From a virus (Duplodnaviria; Caudoviricetes): a stretch of DNA of 51,772 nucleotides. A program made the translations under genes and the position numbers. Positions 28,422 through 37,752 of the stretch are shown here, in pieces. How positions within the stretch are numbered: the stretch's first letter is position 1; every line of letters begins with the position of its first letter. The notes below the pieces were generated by a model. It was not told the origin of the DNA. It did no database searches and saw nothing but the letters and a program-made list of their open reading frames with translations. The DNA lies in IMG/VR virus record IMGVR_UViG_3300045996_001760, positions 1 to 51,772 of that record; one strand, given 5' to 3'.

Positions 28422-29483
28422 ATGAAGAACCGCCAAGAAGCCAAGCGCCGCAAGAAGCGCGGCCCCGTCAAGGTCGACTTCGAGACCCGTTCGAAGGCGG
28501 ACCTTAAGGCCGTGGCCGGGCGCAAGTACAGCCTTCACCCCACCACGCAGGTTATATGCGCTGTACTCGAGGCGGGCGGTGTACGCGAGCTTTGGCTACC
28601 GGGGGACCCCGTGCCCAAACTGGCCAAGTTGGCGGTAAAGCGTGGGGCCTGCGCGCACAACGGCATATCCTTCGACCGTCATATATGGGCCAACACCCTA
28701 GGCTGGCCCGCGCCGGCGCACTGGCACGATACGGCCCAATATGCGCGCCTGGCCGGGTACCCAAAGGCCTCGCTGGACTTCTTGGGCAAAACACTCCTTG
28801 GAATCGACAAGGACAAGGAAGCCAGCAAGCTCACCAAGTCTCTGAGCAAGTGCTACCCGCTAACCACGCGCCGGAAGAACAAGGAGACCGGGGAGTGGTA
28901 CAAGCACCCCCACGCCATGGCTGGCCAGTGGCGTCTGGACCCGATACCCGAGGACGTCCTCGAGCGGGTCATTCGCTACTGCCAACTCGACGTCAAGATC
29001 CTGTCCGGCATATGGCCACTGCTCAAGGAGTATTCCTGTCTTGATCGCGAGGTCCGCGAGGTGGATCGGATCGTGATTGATCGCGGCATCGGCTTTGACG
29101 CTGAACTGGCCGAGTCCTTGATCGACGCCTCGCTGTGGTTCGCAGACAGAGAGCAGCGGGCCGCGGGTGTGGACGCGGCCTTGTGTCGGTCCGTGCCGAA
29201 GTTCTTAGCCGAGCTACGCAAAGCCCTAGGCGAGTTGGCCAGCTGCGCGGTGAATGCCAAGAAACCCACGCTAGAGGCCCTCCTCGATATGCGCGGGGTA
29301 TCGCCCTACGCGCGGGCACTGATAGACGCGCGCATCGGTACCAACACGATCGCGGCGGGGAAGCTGGCCGCGGGGCTGCGCAAACAGATCAAGGGCAGGC
29401 TACACGATGAACTCAAGTACGCGGGCGCGCGGACGTGGCGCTGGACCGGCGAAGGTATGCAACTTCAGAACTTGACCAAATGA
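28422..29483 (+). CDS. Family-A DNA polymerase, N-terminal part (3'-5' exonuclease plus thumb)
   Basis: ExoI DFET, ExoII AHNGISFD, ExoIII YCQLD; ends RWTGEGMQLQNLTK. Confidence 0.88.
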   Translation: MKNRQEAKRRKKRGPVKVDFETRSKADLKAVAGRKYSLHPTTQVICAVLEAGGVRELWLPGDPVPKLAKLAVKRGACAHNGISFDRHIWANTLGWPAPAHWHDTAQYARLAGYPKASLDFLGKTLLGIDKDKEASKLTKSLSKCYPLTTRRKNKETGEWYKHPHAMAGQWRLDPIPEDVLERVIRYCQLDVKILSGIWPLLKEYSCLDREVREVDRIVIDRGIGFDAELAESLIDASLWFADREQRAAGVDAALCRSVPKFLAELRKALGELASCAVNAKKPTLEALLDMRGVSPYARALIDARIGTNTIAAGKLAAGLRKQIKGRLHDELKYAGARTWRWTGEGMQLQNLTK

Positions 29484-30463
29484 CCCTCGCTCAATTCGTC
29501 CCAGGCTACGATCCGAAGTCCAAGGACTGGTCACACCACGATTGGTCACGCGAAGAAGCTCGCGCGCGCATCCTGCGCGGCCAGACCAAGGGCCTCGATC
29601 CGTCCGTGATCAACGCGCTCACCCGCGCGTGCCTCAAGGCTAAGGACGGCTACACGTTCACGATCGTTGACTACGCCGCGATCGAAGCTCGGGTGAATGC
29701 GTGGGGTGCGGCTGATATGGCTGCCCTTGAGCTTTTCCGTAACGGCGGGGATCCGTACGCAACCCTTGCTGGGCGCTTGTTCGGTGTGCCCGCCGAGACT
29801 TGCCAGAAGGGCGGAGAGAACGAGAAATGGCGTCAGCTGGGCAAAATTGGAGAGCTCGGCCTCGGCTACGGCATGGGCAAGGACCTATTCCACGTCACTG
29901 CAGAGAAGGGCGGGACGAATTGGGAGGACATCGCGCCACTTGATGCGGAAACCTGCGTCGAGATCTGGCGCGGGCTTCATCGCCCGATCGTCAGCTTCTG
30001 GTACCAGCTCCAAGATGCAGCGGCCCAGGCCAGCGAAGGCGGGGAGGCACGTGTAGGGCCTACCGAGTGGTTCCGCCGCGGTGATGCGGTGTGGTGCTGG
30101 CTTCAGTCCGATCGGCCGATCGTGTATCACGGGATGCATCTTCGCCAGGAGAAGGGCGAGCGCAGGCCGGGCCTGGTATACAAGACGATCAAGGGCCTAG
30201 AGCGGACGTGGGGCGGAAAGCTTTGCGAGAATGTAGTCCAGGCCCTGAGCCGGGACGTGATGGCAGAGGGCCTGGTCAAGTGTGAGCGCGCGGGCTTGCG
30301 GCCTGTGTTGCACGTGCACGACGAAATCGTGTGCGAGGTCAAGAAGCGGGACGCACGGGACGCGTTGGAGCTCCAAGAATACCTTATGTGTGAGATCCCG
30401 ACCTGGGCCAAGGGCCTGCCGATCAATGTCGAAGGCTTCATTGCCGCCCGTTACCGAAAGTGA
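29480..30463 (+). CDS. Family-A DNA polymerase, C-terminal part (palm/fingers)
   Basis: Motif A DYAAIEAR, motif B RQLGKIGELGLGYG, motif C HVHDE. Confidence 0.9.
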   Translation: MTLAQFVPGYDPKSKDWSHHDWSREEARARILRGQTKGLDPSVINALTRACLKAKDGYTFTIVDYAAIEARVNAWGAADMAALELFRNGGDPYATLAGRLFGVPAETCQKGGENEKWRQLGKIGELGLGYGMGKDLFHVTAEKGGTNWEDIAPLDAETCVEIWRGLHRPIVSFWYQLQDAAAQASEGGEARVGPTEWFRRGDAVWCWLQSDRPIVYHGMHLRQEKGERRPGLVYKTIKGLERTWGGKLCENVVQALSRDVMAEGLVKCERAGLRPVLHVHDEIVCEVKKRDARDALELQEYLMCEIPTWAKGLPINVEGFIAARYRK

Positions 30464-30519
30464 TATACAACCAAGGCCCGGCGGCAACGTCGCGCCGCAA
30501 ACACAAGGAGACCAGGAGA

Positions 30520-30936
30520 ATGATGAAAGTCGTATATGTCGCAGGTCCGTTCACAGGCCCCACCCCATGGCACGTCGAGCAGAATGTCCGCCGCGCCGAG
30601 CTGGTAGGCCGTTGCGTGGCCGAGGCAGGCGCTAGCCCTCTGATGCCGCACGCGAACACGCGTTTCTTCACGGGCATTCAAACACCTCAGTTTTGGTACG
30701 ACGCGACGATCGCGCTACTGGCCAAGTCGGACGGCCTGGTTCTGATCCCTGGGTACCGAAAGAGCCAAGGCACTTTGGTAGAGCTGGCTTGGGCGCGTCA
30801 GAACGGCCTGCCCGTGTTCACCGCGGCGTTTCACGGCGATATGTCCGTAGGCACCATGCACGCGACGATCGGGGTTTGCGACCACATTGTTGGCCACCTG
30901 CACGGGCTCGCCTTTCAGGATTGGGTGACGCGATGA
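30520..30936 (+). CDS. Nucleoside 2-deoxyribosyltransferase-like protein (DUF1937/DUF4406 type)
   Basis: VYVAGP, PLMPH, LLAKSD and SQGTLVE...A motifs. Confidence 0.78.
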   Translation: MMKVVYVAGPFTGPTPWHVEQNVRRAELVGRCVAEAGASPLMPHANTRFFTGIQTPQFWYDATIALLAKSDGLVLIPGYRKSQGTLVELAWARQNGLPVFTAAFHGDMSVGTMHATIGVCDHIVGHLHGLAFQDWVTR

Positions 30937-31625
30937 CCCAGGAAGAACGCGAGCGCGATACGTTGCCGGAGTTTCACGCCGAACTCGATATGAACGCGCG
31001 CCGGTTTTCTGCGACCTTGATCGTATCGGCGGTGTATATCGTGCTTCTACTCGGCGCTGCCTTCGCTTTGACCAAGTGCACGCCCCCGCCGGTAGCCCCG
31101 CCGCAAGGTAACCCAGCGGGTGAGCTGGCCAGCATCGTAATCATGCGGACGTTCGTGGATTGGGAGCCGACCGACCCTGAGCTCGAACGCTTCCCTTGGT
31201 GCGGTGGCGTGGCCGTTGGCCCGAACACGATCGTAACCGTTGCTCACTGTGTCTCCGGCGGGCGCGTGGACTACGTCACGCGCGATGTCTGGTTTCGCAC
31301 AGCACGCGGCGCCGCGCGCGGGCGAGTGACCTACGTGGACAAGGCCCGCGACTACGCCGAGATCACCACCCCGCGGAAGCTCGATCGGTGGGTTCAATGG
31401 GCCGAGTCTTTCACCGCGCAAGGTGCGGTGCGTATCGTTCGGTTCGAGCCCTCGCGCGTGCGGGTGGACGAGGGTGCTCGATCGTACCTGAGCGGCGGAG
31501 CTAAATTTGATTCAGGCGCTGGCGTCTTCTCGGACGAGGGGAGACTTTTGGGCTTGGTGGCCACCTGCTACACAGACGGAGCTGGGGAGTGCAACGGGCG
31601 CGGCGGGCGACTGGTGCGCCCGTGA
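30933..31625 (+). CDS. Membrane-anchored trypsin-like serine protease
   Basis: N-terminal hydrophobic helix; TVAHC, RDYA and DSGAGVF triad motifs. Confidence 0.75.
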   Translation: MTQEERERDTLPEFHAELDMNARRFSATLIVSAVYIVLLLGAAFALTKCTPPPVAPPQGNPAGELASIVIMRTFVDWEPTDPELERFPWCGGVAVGPNTIVTVAHCVSGGRVDYVTRDVWFRTARGAARGRVTYVDKARDYAEITTPRKLDRWVQWAESFTAQGAVRIVRFEPSRVRVDEGARSYLSGGAKFDSGAGVFSDEGRLLGLVATCYTDGAGECNGRGGRLVRP

Positions 31626-32194
31626 AGGTGCTTCGCGCGATCGACCCTGCGGTGGACCTCGCTTACTGCGCGGACTTCGACTTGTCCACACATAGCCTCG
31701 TGCAAACTGAGACGGAGGATCGGGCCTTCTCGCCCAGTGATTCCCTTCTGCAGTATGGGCGGGTTTACGCGCTCGTGGTCGAACGGCCGCTGATCCGCCC
31801 GCGCTCCAAGGTGAAGCCGAACGATATCGTTGACCTTGCCTGGTGCGCCGCGATCATGTTTGAGCGTTTCCGCCCGAAGAACCTGGACGCCGCGCGCTAT
31901 TACAAGCCCGAGGAGTGGAAAGGCCAGCTTCCGAAGCCGGCCCACCACTTGTTGACGCTGGACGAACTGACCCGGGCCGAGCTCGGATTATTGCCCCTGG
32001 ACGTGCGCCGGGTAGTAGAACTCGCAGCGAACAAGGGCGCGCGGGACGGCTGGAAGCCCGGCAAGAATTATTACCGCGAGAAAGACACGGTGCACAACAC
32101 ACTCGACGCGGTGGCCTTGGGCCTTACCGCGCTGGGGCGTTTGCCGTTCCCTCGGGGGCGTCGTGCAAAATCGCTACCGTCCCTCCTGGTGTGA
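31622..32194 (+). CDS. RuvC-like Holliday junction resolvase
   Basis: AIDP, VVERP, PEEWKG and HNTLDAVALG motifs. Confidence 0.72.
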   Translation: MKVLRAIDPAVDLAYCADFDLSTHSLVQTETEDRAFSPSDSLLQYGRVYALVVERPLIRPRSKVKPNDIVDLAWCAAIMFERFRPKNLDAARYYKPEEWKGQLPKPAHHLLTLDELTRAELGLLPLDVRRVVELAANKGARDGWKPGKNYYREKDTVHNTLDAVALGLTALGRLPFPRGRRAKSLPSLLV

Positions 32195-32282
32195 GTGCTG
32201 CTGTTTCTTCCTATGGGTGCACAGCCGATCGGGGCTGTGCGCCTTCTGTCGGAACGAGTCCGCCGTTACCGAGGATACCTAT

Positions 32283-32948
32283 ATGCAATCGAAAGCCATC
32301 GTAGTTCAGAAACCCGCCGAGCTTCAGACCGGCAAGAAAACACTTCTAACCCTATACGTTGACACCTCGATCCTGGAATCCACCGAGACCGAGGCCGCGG
32401 ACGAGCTCAAGGAGGTCACCTCGACGGACGTGGACGCGGTGACCGTCGAGGTGTTCGCAGAGCGGGCGCGCGAGGTTGCGCGCGATTGGGACAGGATCGA
32501 GGGCATGCGCCTCGCCGCGGTCGAACCGCTGAACGCGGAGAAGACGCGCGTACAAGCCTTGTTCAAGCCTGCGCTACAGGCCTTGGACACCCTCAAACGC
32601 GCGCTAGCAGGTAAGGTCGGGGCCTACCAGCTCAAACAAGACGAGGAGCGACGCGCGCTCGAAGCCGAAGCGGCGAAGGCCGCGAGGAAGCGCGACCAGA
32701 AGGCTTTGACCGAGGCGATCACCAAGGCCGAGTCCGCGGGCCCCGTCAAACTCGCCGGGTCGGGTACGCGCTTCGCTTGGCGCGTGGCCAACGTGGACCC
32801 AGCGAAACTCCCCGAGGAGTACTTCAAGCGTGTTGTAGACGAGGACAAGGTCCAGGCCTTGGTCAAGGGCCTCAAGGGTGACGCGCAGCCCAAGAAAGTC
32901 CCCGGTGTCACGTTCGAACGCGTGGCCGTTACCTCGGTCAAGCGCTAA
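32283..32948 (+). CDS. Coiled-coil phage protein
   Basis: SD GAGGA; VEPLNAEK..VQALFKP and VDPAKLPEEY...VPGV motifs. Confidence 0.7.
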   Translation: MQSKAIVVQKPAELQTGKKTLLTLYVDTSILESTETEAADELKEVTSTDVDAVTVEVFAERAREVARDWDRIEGMRLAAVEPLNAEKTRVQALFKPALQALDTLKRALAGKVGAYQLKQDEERRALEAEAAKAARKRDQKALTEAITKAESAGPVKLAGSGTRFAWRVANVDPAKLPEEYFKRVVDEDKVQALVKGLKGDAQPKKVPGVTFERVAVTSVKR

Positions 32949-32961
32949 CCTAAAGGACCCA

Positions 32962-34146
32962 ATGAGCCGAAATAGACCCTGTGAAAGTACCCGCACGTAC
33001 AAGGACAAGCGCAACGCCCGCGAGCGCGAAGCCAGGCTGAACAAGAAGCTTGGCTTGCCGGTGGGCCAGCGCCTGCGCGGGGTCTCTACCTTGGTTGACG
33101 AGGACGGAAGCACCCTCAAGGAGTGGCGCAAGACGGAGCGCAAGCCAAACGAACCACCTGCGCGTCCGGTCGTTCCAGAGGGACACCATGTTCGCCGCTC
33201 GGCCACCATGTTGGACCGTCAGGGCAAGGCCCTGGTCCAGTGGGTGTCTACCGAGGCCGACAAGGAGGCGCGAGATCAGGGTTGGCTGGACGCAATGCGC
33301 GCGCTGGCCCGTAAACACTCGGGCGCAGCGAAACCAGCGCCCTCCCCTAAGTTCGTGGCGCATGATTGGCTTAGCGCGTACCCGATCGGTGACGCGCACT
33401 TAGGGCTTCTGGCGCACGAGTCCGAGGTGGGCGAAAATCACGACTTATCGATCGGCGCGCGGGACTTGCTCACCGCGTTTGACTTACTAGTGGCCGCGGC
33501 GCAGCCCTCGTCCAGGGCCCTAGTGATTGACGTGGGCGACTACTGGCACGCACAAGATAACCAGCAACGCACCCCGGGCCACGGCCATAAGCTGGACGTG
33601 GACGGGCGCGCGGGGAAGGTCTGGCGCAAGGGCATGGCGGTGGCCCGCGGCATTGTTGACCGTTTGCTAACGAAGCACGAAACCGTCGAGTTTTGGGCCG
33701 TGCAAGGGAACCACGATCCGGACCTCGCGATCATGCTCGGTATATGGCTCGAGGCCTGGTATAGGGACGAACCACGCGTGATCGTCTCCCCGCCCGAAAA
33801 CCCTCACCATATGGTGGAGTTTGGGGTCAACATGATCGTTTCGACTCACGGCCACAGTTTGAAACGGGATCAAGTCTCGGGCTTCTCGTCCGCCTTCTGG
33901 CCTGAGGTGTGGGGTAGGACCAAGTGCCGGCGCGCTTTCACCGGGCACATACACCATGAGACCCACAAGGAATACCACGGAATGACGGTTGAGTCGGCCA
34001 ACACGATCGCGGGGCGTGACGCGTACACACACGCGGGTGGGTATATGAGTGAACGCGCGCTCGAGGTGGTCGGCTTCCACCGCGCGCTGGGCCTCAAGTC
34101 CCGCGGGCGCGTGGAACTGTCGGAAATCCGCGAGGCGCAGAAATGA
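32962..34146 (+). CDS. Calcineurin-like metallophosphoesterase
   Basis: GDAH, GDYWH, GNHD, HGH and GHIHH motifs. Confidence 0.88.
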   Translation: MSRNRPCESTRTYKDKRNAREREARLNKKLGLPVGQRLRGVSTLVDEDGSTLKEWRKTERKPNEPPARPVVPEGHHVRRSATMLDRQGKALVQWVSTEADKEARDQGWLDAMRALARKHSGAAKPAPSPKFVAHDWLSAYPIGDAHLGLLAHESEVGENHDLSIGARDLLTAFDLLVAAAQPSSRALVIDVGDYWHAQDNQQRTPGHGHKLDVDGRAGKVWRKGMAVARGIVDRLLTKHETVEFWAVQGNHDPDLAIMLGIWLEAWYRDEPRVIVSPPENPHHMVEFGVNMIVSTHGHSLKRDQVSGFSSAFWPEVWGRTKCRRAFTGHIHHETHKEYHGMTVESANTIAGRDAYTHAGGYMSERALEVVGFHRALGLKSRGRVELSEIREAQK

Positions 34147-35078
34147 CTGACCTGATCGTCCAACACGGATCGGCCTTGGACTTCGAGCCTGCGTTCGCAG
34201 CCAACTTCCAGCTTCTTCACACCGACCCGCCCTTCCGCGATCACGTTCACAAGCACGCTGTTACCGCGGGCATGGTACGGTATGGCCAAGGCTACAGAAA
34301 ACGCGAGCTTGGCTTCCGGTCCTTGTCGGTCCAGCTGCGCAGGCATATAGCCGCGTTTACCTCCAACGTGGACGGCTGGTCTCTGGTCCACTCTGATATA
34401 GAGTCCGCGAACCTGTGGCGTATATCGTGCGAGGCCGCGGGGGCGGAGTATATCCGCCCGGTCCCGTGGATCCGTTGGAGCCAGCCCCAGAAGTCCGGGG
34501 ACCGACCGACCCAATTTGTCGAGCTGGTCACGGTGTATCATCGAATGCACCACGGCCCCCGAGGCGGGCGCAAACCCCTCAAGAAGCGTTGGAGCGGGCC
34601 GGGCGGAAATGAGTCCGTGTTCACGACCGAGGACGAGGCCCTTACCTTCCGCCACGCTTCGGAGCGGGGCAGCGACAAGACGAAGCACACCACAGCGAAG
34701 CCGCTGGACCAGGCCCTTGACGTGGTTTGCTGGTTCAGCTCGCCCGGCGCGGACGTGTTCGATCCGACTTGCGGGCGCGGGACGGCGGGCGTTGCGTGCG
34801 CGTTGCTAGGGCGTGGGTTCATGGGAATCGAGCTCCAAAAGAAGGAAGCCAAGCTGGCCCGGGAACGGATCGAGAAGGCGGCCGAAGGTGAGTTGTCCAA
34901 GCGGGACTTGGAGCGCGCGAAGCGCTGGGCCGTCCGGACGTATGCCGAGGCCGGGCGCGTGCCGGAGCCGAAAGACAAGTCAATGGTTCGGACGTTCGAA
35001 CGGGCGACGCGCCGGCTAGAGGACGTGGCCCGCTTGTGTGAGCTGTTGGGGTGGGGGCCGAGCGATCTTGCGACGTGA
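34143..35078 (+). CDS. Orphan N6-A/N4-C DNA methyltransferase (beta class)
   Basis: TDPPF, then HTTAKP, FDPTCGRGT and GIEL. Confidence 0.82.
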   Translation: MTDLIVQHGSALDFEPAFAANFQLLHTDPPFRDHVHKHAVTAGMVRYGQGYRKRELGFRSLSVQLRRHIAAFTSNVDGWSLVHSDIESANLWRISCEAAGAEYIRPVPWIRWSQPQKSGDRPTQFVELVTVYHRMHHGPRGGRKPLKKRWSGPGGNESVFTTEDEALTFRHASERGSDKTKHTTAKPLDQALDVVCWFSSPGADVFDPTCGRGTAGVACALLGRGFMGIELQKKEAKLARERIEKAAEGELSKRDLERAKRWAVRTYAEAGRVPEPKDKSMVRTFERATRRLEDVARLCELLGWGPSDLAT

Positions 35079-35535
35079 GCTAACTCCGTTCGCCGTAGCC
35101 CAGCATGAGGCCGCCCACATATGTGTTGGTCTGTCCGTAGGCGTTCGGTTGATCAGGAAAGCCGAGGTGTGTTCGTACACCGCGGCGGACTTGGAAGGGG
35201 TTGGCCCGGCCGAAGATCTCGGCGGGGTGTGGTTTCTAACCCGGTCGGATCCTGCTTCTGCTTTAACGTTTGCCGCGGGTATTGCCTGGGACAAGGCCCA
35301 AGGCCACCGGGTGTGGCCGAACTTCGGGGATGATGCTTTGCTGCGACAGATCGCGCCCTCGGTGTCAGACCGACGCGCCTACGTCCGGGCGGCTTCAGCT
35401 ATCCTTCGCGCTCTGGGCCCCGAACATGAGGCTTTGACGGCCGCCCTTCTCGAGCGGCCGTTGACCCACGCAGATGCAATGTCAGTGGCCCGCCACGCGC
35501 GCAAGCGCCCGCGGCCGAAGCGCGTGAACGTCTGA
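35068..35535 (+). CDS. Stand-alone peptidase M41-like zincin
   Basis: AQHEAAH followed by FAAG, and ALTAALLER. Confidence 0.65.
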   Translation: MRRELTPFAVAQHEAAHICVGLSVGVRLIRKAEVCSYTAADLEGVGPAEDLGGVWFLTRSDPASALTFAAGIAWDKAQGHRVWPNFGDDALLRQIAPSVSDRRAYVRAASAILRALGPEHEALTAALLERPLTHADAMSVARHARKRPRPKRVNV

Positions 35536-35886
35536 ACGGCGCGCGGGCGGTGGATCGGACTTGCGGTGCTTCCGTTGAAGGTCCGTTAGGTCCGCGCCGT
35601 CTTGTAGTACTTGAGCCACGATCTTCGCGCTCACGTCGCGCAGCTGGTCCCGCGTCAGCCCGAGGCTTCGCGCGAGCTCGGTTAAGCTCGGTGGCTTTTC
35701 CTCGACGTGCGGGGGTTCGAAGGGCGCGGGCGCTTCGCCCAGGTCCAGTGCGATCAGAGGCAGGAAAGACTCACGGGCAAGGTCGCTAAGGGTGCCGCCC
35801 TTGGCCTTGGCCCAGCGCTTGGCCTGGTCAAGCTGCGCGTTGGAAACTCGGATCGAAAGCGTGGTGTAGTGTTCGGTGTTAGCCAT
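35482..35886 (-). CDS. RHH plus HTH DNA-binding protein
   Basis: TLSIRVS...AKAKGGTLSDLARE and SLTELARSLGLT; SD AGGAG and an upstream TATATA. Confidence 0.7.
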   Translation of the reverse strand: MANTEHYTTLSIRVSNAQLDQAKRWAKAKGGTLSDLARESFLPLIALDLGEAPAPFEPPHVEEKPPSLTELARSLGLTRDQLRDVSAKIVAQVLQDGADLTDLQRKHRKSDPPPARRSDVHALRPRALARVAGH

Positions 35887-36050
35887 GTTGTTTTCTCCTA
35901 CGCGGCCGGGTTCCCCGTATCGGCTGCGTGCTGACCTATATAGCTAACGACGTGCCAAGTGCGCAATGGTCAAAAACACACGGGATCACTTATGCGGCGC
36001 GTTCTTACTATGTGCGAGCCTGCCACGGTGTGACGATATAGATCGTGGCG

Positions 36051-36922
36051 CTACCGTTGCTTCAGCGCGCGGATAGCTGCGCGTAGTACGGGCCTGCGCC
36101 GGTGCGGCCACCCGTCCAAGTACGCGTCCGCGAGGTCCAGAAACAACCGGCGATCTGCGTCTGTTTCGAAATACTGATATGCCGCGTGCCACTGCGAGGG
36201 AAGGATCAAAGTCCCACCAGTCGGGCGCGTCGGGGCCTCGTGCTCTCCCCCGAATGGCGAACACATAGCCTCACGGTGGCCGGCCGAGCAAATCACGGCC
36301 GCTCGAGGGCTTTAGCCATTACCTGGGCTGCGCACTGACCGCGAGCCGTCGGGTCGTCAATCGTCTTGCAGGCCTCGATCGCACGGTCGTAAGCGCTGGG
36401 CGCCGTGGGCGGGGCCGGGGAAGGCTGCGTGGGAGCTCTTACCAGCGCGCCCGTGCCGATCATGCCGGTCAGTAGTAGGCCTGCCATGGCGCCAAGCTGT
36501 TTCAGTAAGTCGCCACGCCGTTCGCTCTTGTCCTTGGCCAACTCCTCGGTCACGGACGCACGGATCTGTTTCCCGAACAGGTCTAGATTAGACTCGATCG
36601 TCTTCTGGACGTCCCCGCGGAAGTGTAGGAGCTTTGCTTCAAACCGGTCCTCTAGTGCACCGAAGCGATCGGTACCATGCTCGGACGGGAACGGCGGGCG
36701 CGGGGGATTGGGCGGGGCCATTTACGCGGCCTCCAAGTCAGCCACGCGCGCGGCTAGCTTCGTGATCTCTTTGCGGGCTTCAGCGAGGTCCAAGCGCGTT
36801 GAACGTAGCTCGCGCTGCGTCGCGATCAGGAGTTCATTCGTGCACGTGAGGGCCGCGCGCAGCTCAGCCACCCAGCTCGGTTCGGTCTCAGCGGGCGGGG
36901 GTTGGGTGGGGTGCGAGGTCAT
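36051..36922 (-). other. Three small post-endolysin CDSs (36051..36296; 36293..36721 with one TM helix; 36722..36922 coiled coil), possible lysis accessories
   Basis: Coupled ORFs directly downstream of the endolysin. Confidence 0.55.
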
Positions 36923-36930
36923 GACCAATT

Positions 36931-37752
36931 CTAGGCCCAGCCTTGTAGCGCGTCGAGTTCTTCGCCCGTGATTTCCTCGGTCACAACGCGGTAACACACG
37001 GGGCCCCAAACCCCGTCTGGCTTCAAGCTGTGGGCCTTCTGCCAAACCTTCACCGCCGATTCGGTTTTGGGACCAAAGGCCCCGTCATCGGGCACCCCGA
37101 CGATTCGCTGAACAATGGCCACAGCGTCGCCCGTAGCGCCTCGCCTAAGCACTTTGATCGGCCGGGGTACTTCGGACCCGTCCGGCATACTCTCGCCCGT
37201 TTCCCGGGCGGCTACCGCGCATGCGTTGGTCACTGCCAGGACGTGGTGCATGATGCGTTCGGTCCGGCTGCGCCCGAAGCCCTGGTAATAGACGGTGTCA
37301 TACAATCCCGCCGAAAACTCGCGCAGGTCCCCCTTGATCGCGGGGTCCAGCACGAGGCGGTGACGGGAACCAAACGCGTCGTTGACTCTTTCGGCATGGC
37401 CTAGGGGCGGGTTACGGCCCCCGGTGTAAACGACCTTGCAGAGGTCCGCCGCACCTTCAAGGTCCGTGTTATACGCGCGGAACTTCTGGGCGTAGGGCGT
37501 CGAGGTCCCGTCGTCGTTCGGGCGCGTGTCCACGTATTCGAAGGTCGGACCGGCCCAGCCTTCGTGTGCTTGGATCGCACCCCAGTTTTTACGCCCGCGG
37601 CCTCGTTCGTCCCAGTGCTGACCGTACCCCGTTTCGAGCCAGCCGATCGCTTGTGCGAGCTGGCGAATCGGCTTGCTCGGCAACACGCCAAATTTGGTTC
37701 GGTAGGCCTCGGTGATGATCTGCTTTGCGTCAGTGTGTGTGATCTTGGTCAT
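36931..37752 (-). CDS. Endolysin: glucosaminidase/lysozyme-like domain plus C-terminal peptidoglycan-binding domain
   Basis: LETGYG, NWGAI and FRAY; LRRGATG..V..VQ...DGAFGPKT..AV..WQ....L.PDG.WGP. Confidence 0.85.
   Translation of the reverse strand: MTKITHTDAKQIITEAYRTKFGVLPSKPIRQLAQAIGWLETGYGQHWDERGRGRKNWGAIQAHEGWAGPTFEYVDTRPNDDGTSTPYAQKFRAYNTDLEGAADLCKVVYTGGRNPPLGHAERVNDAFGSRHRLVLDPAIKGDLREFSAGLYDTVYYQGFGRSRTERIMHHVLAVTNACAVAARETGESMPDGSEVPRPIKVLRRGATGDAVAIVQRIVGVPDDGAFGPKTESAVKVWQKAHSLKPDGVWGPVCYRVVTEEITGEELDALQGWA

Noticed and set aside
29435-29483. Intron or intein at the polymerase split
   Set aside because: There is no intervening sequence; the two ORFs overlap directly.
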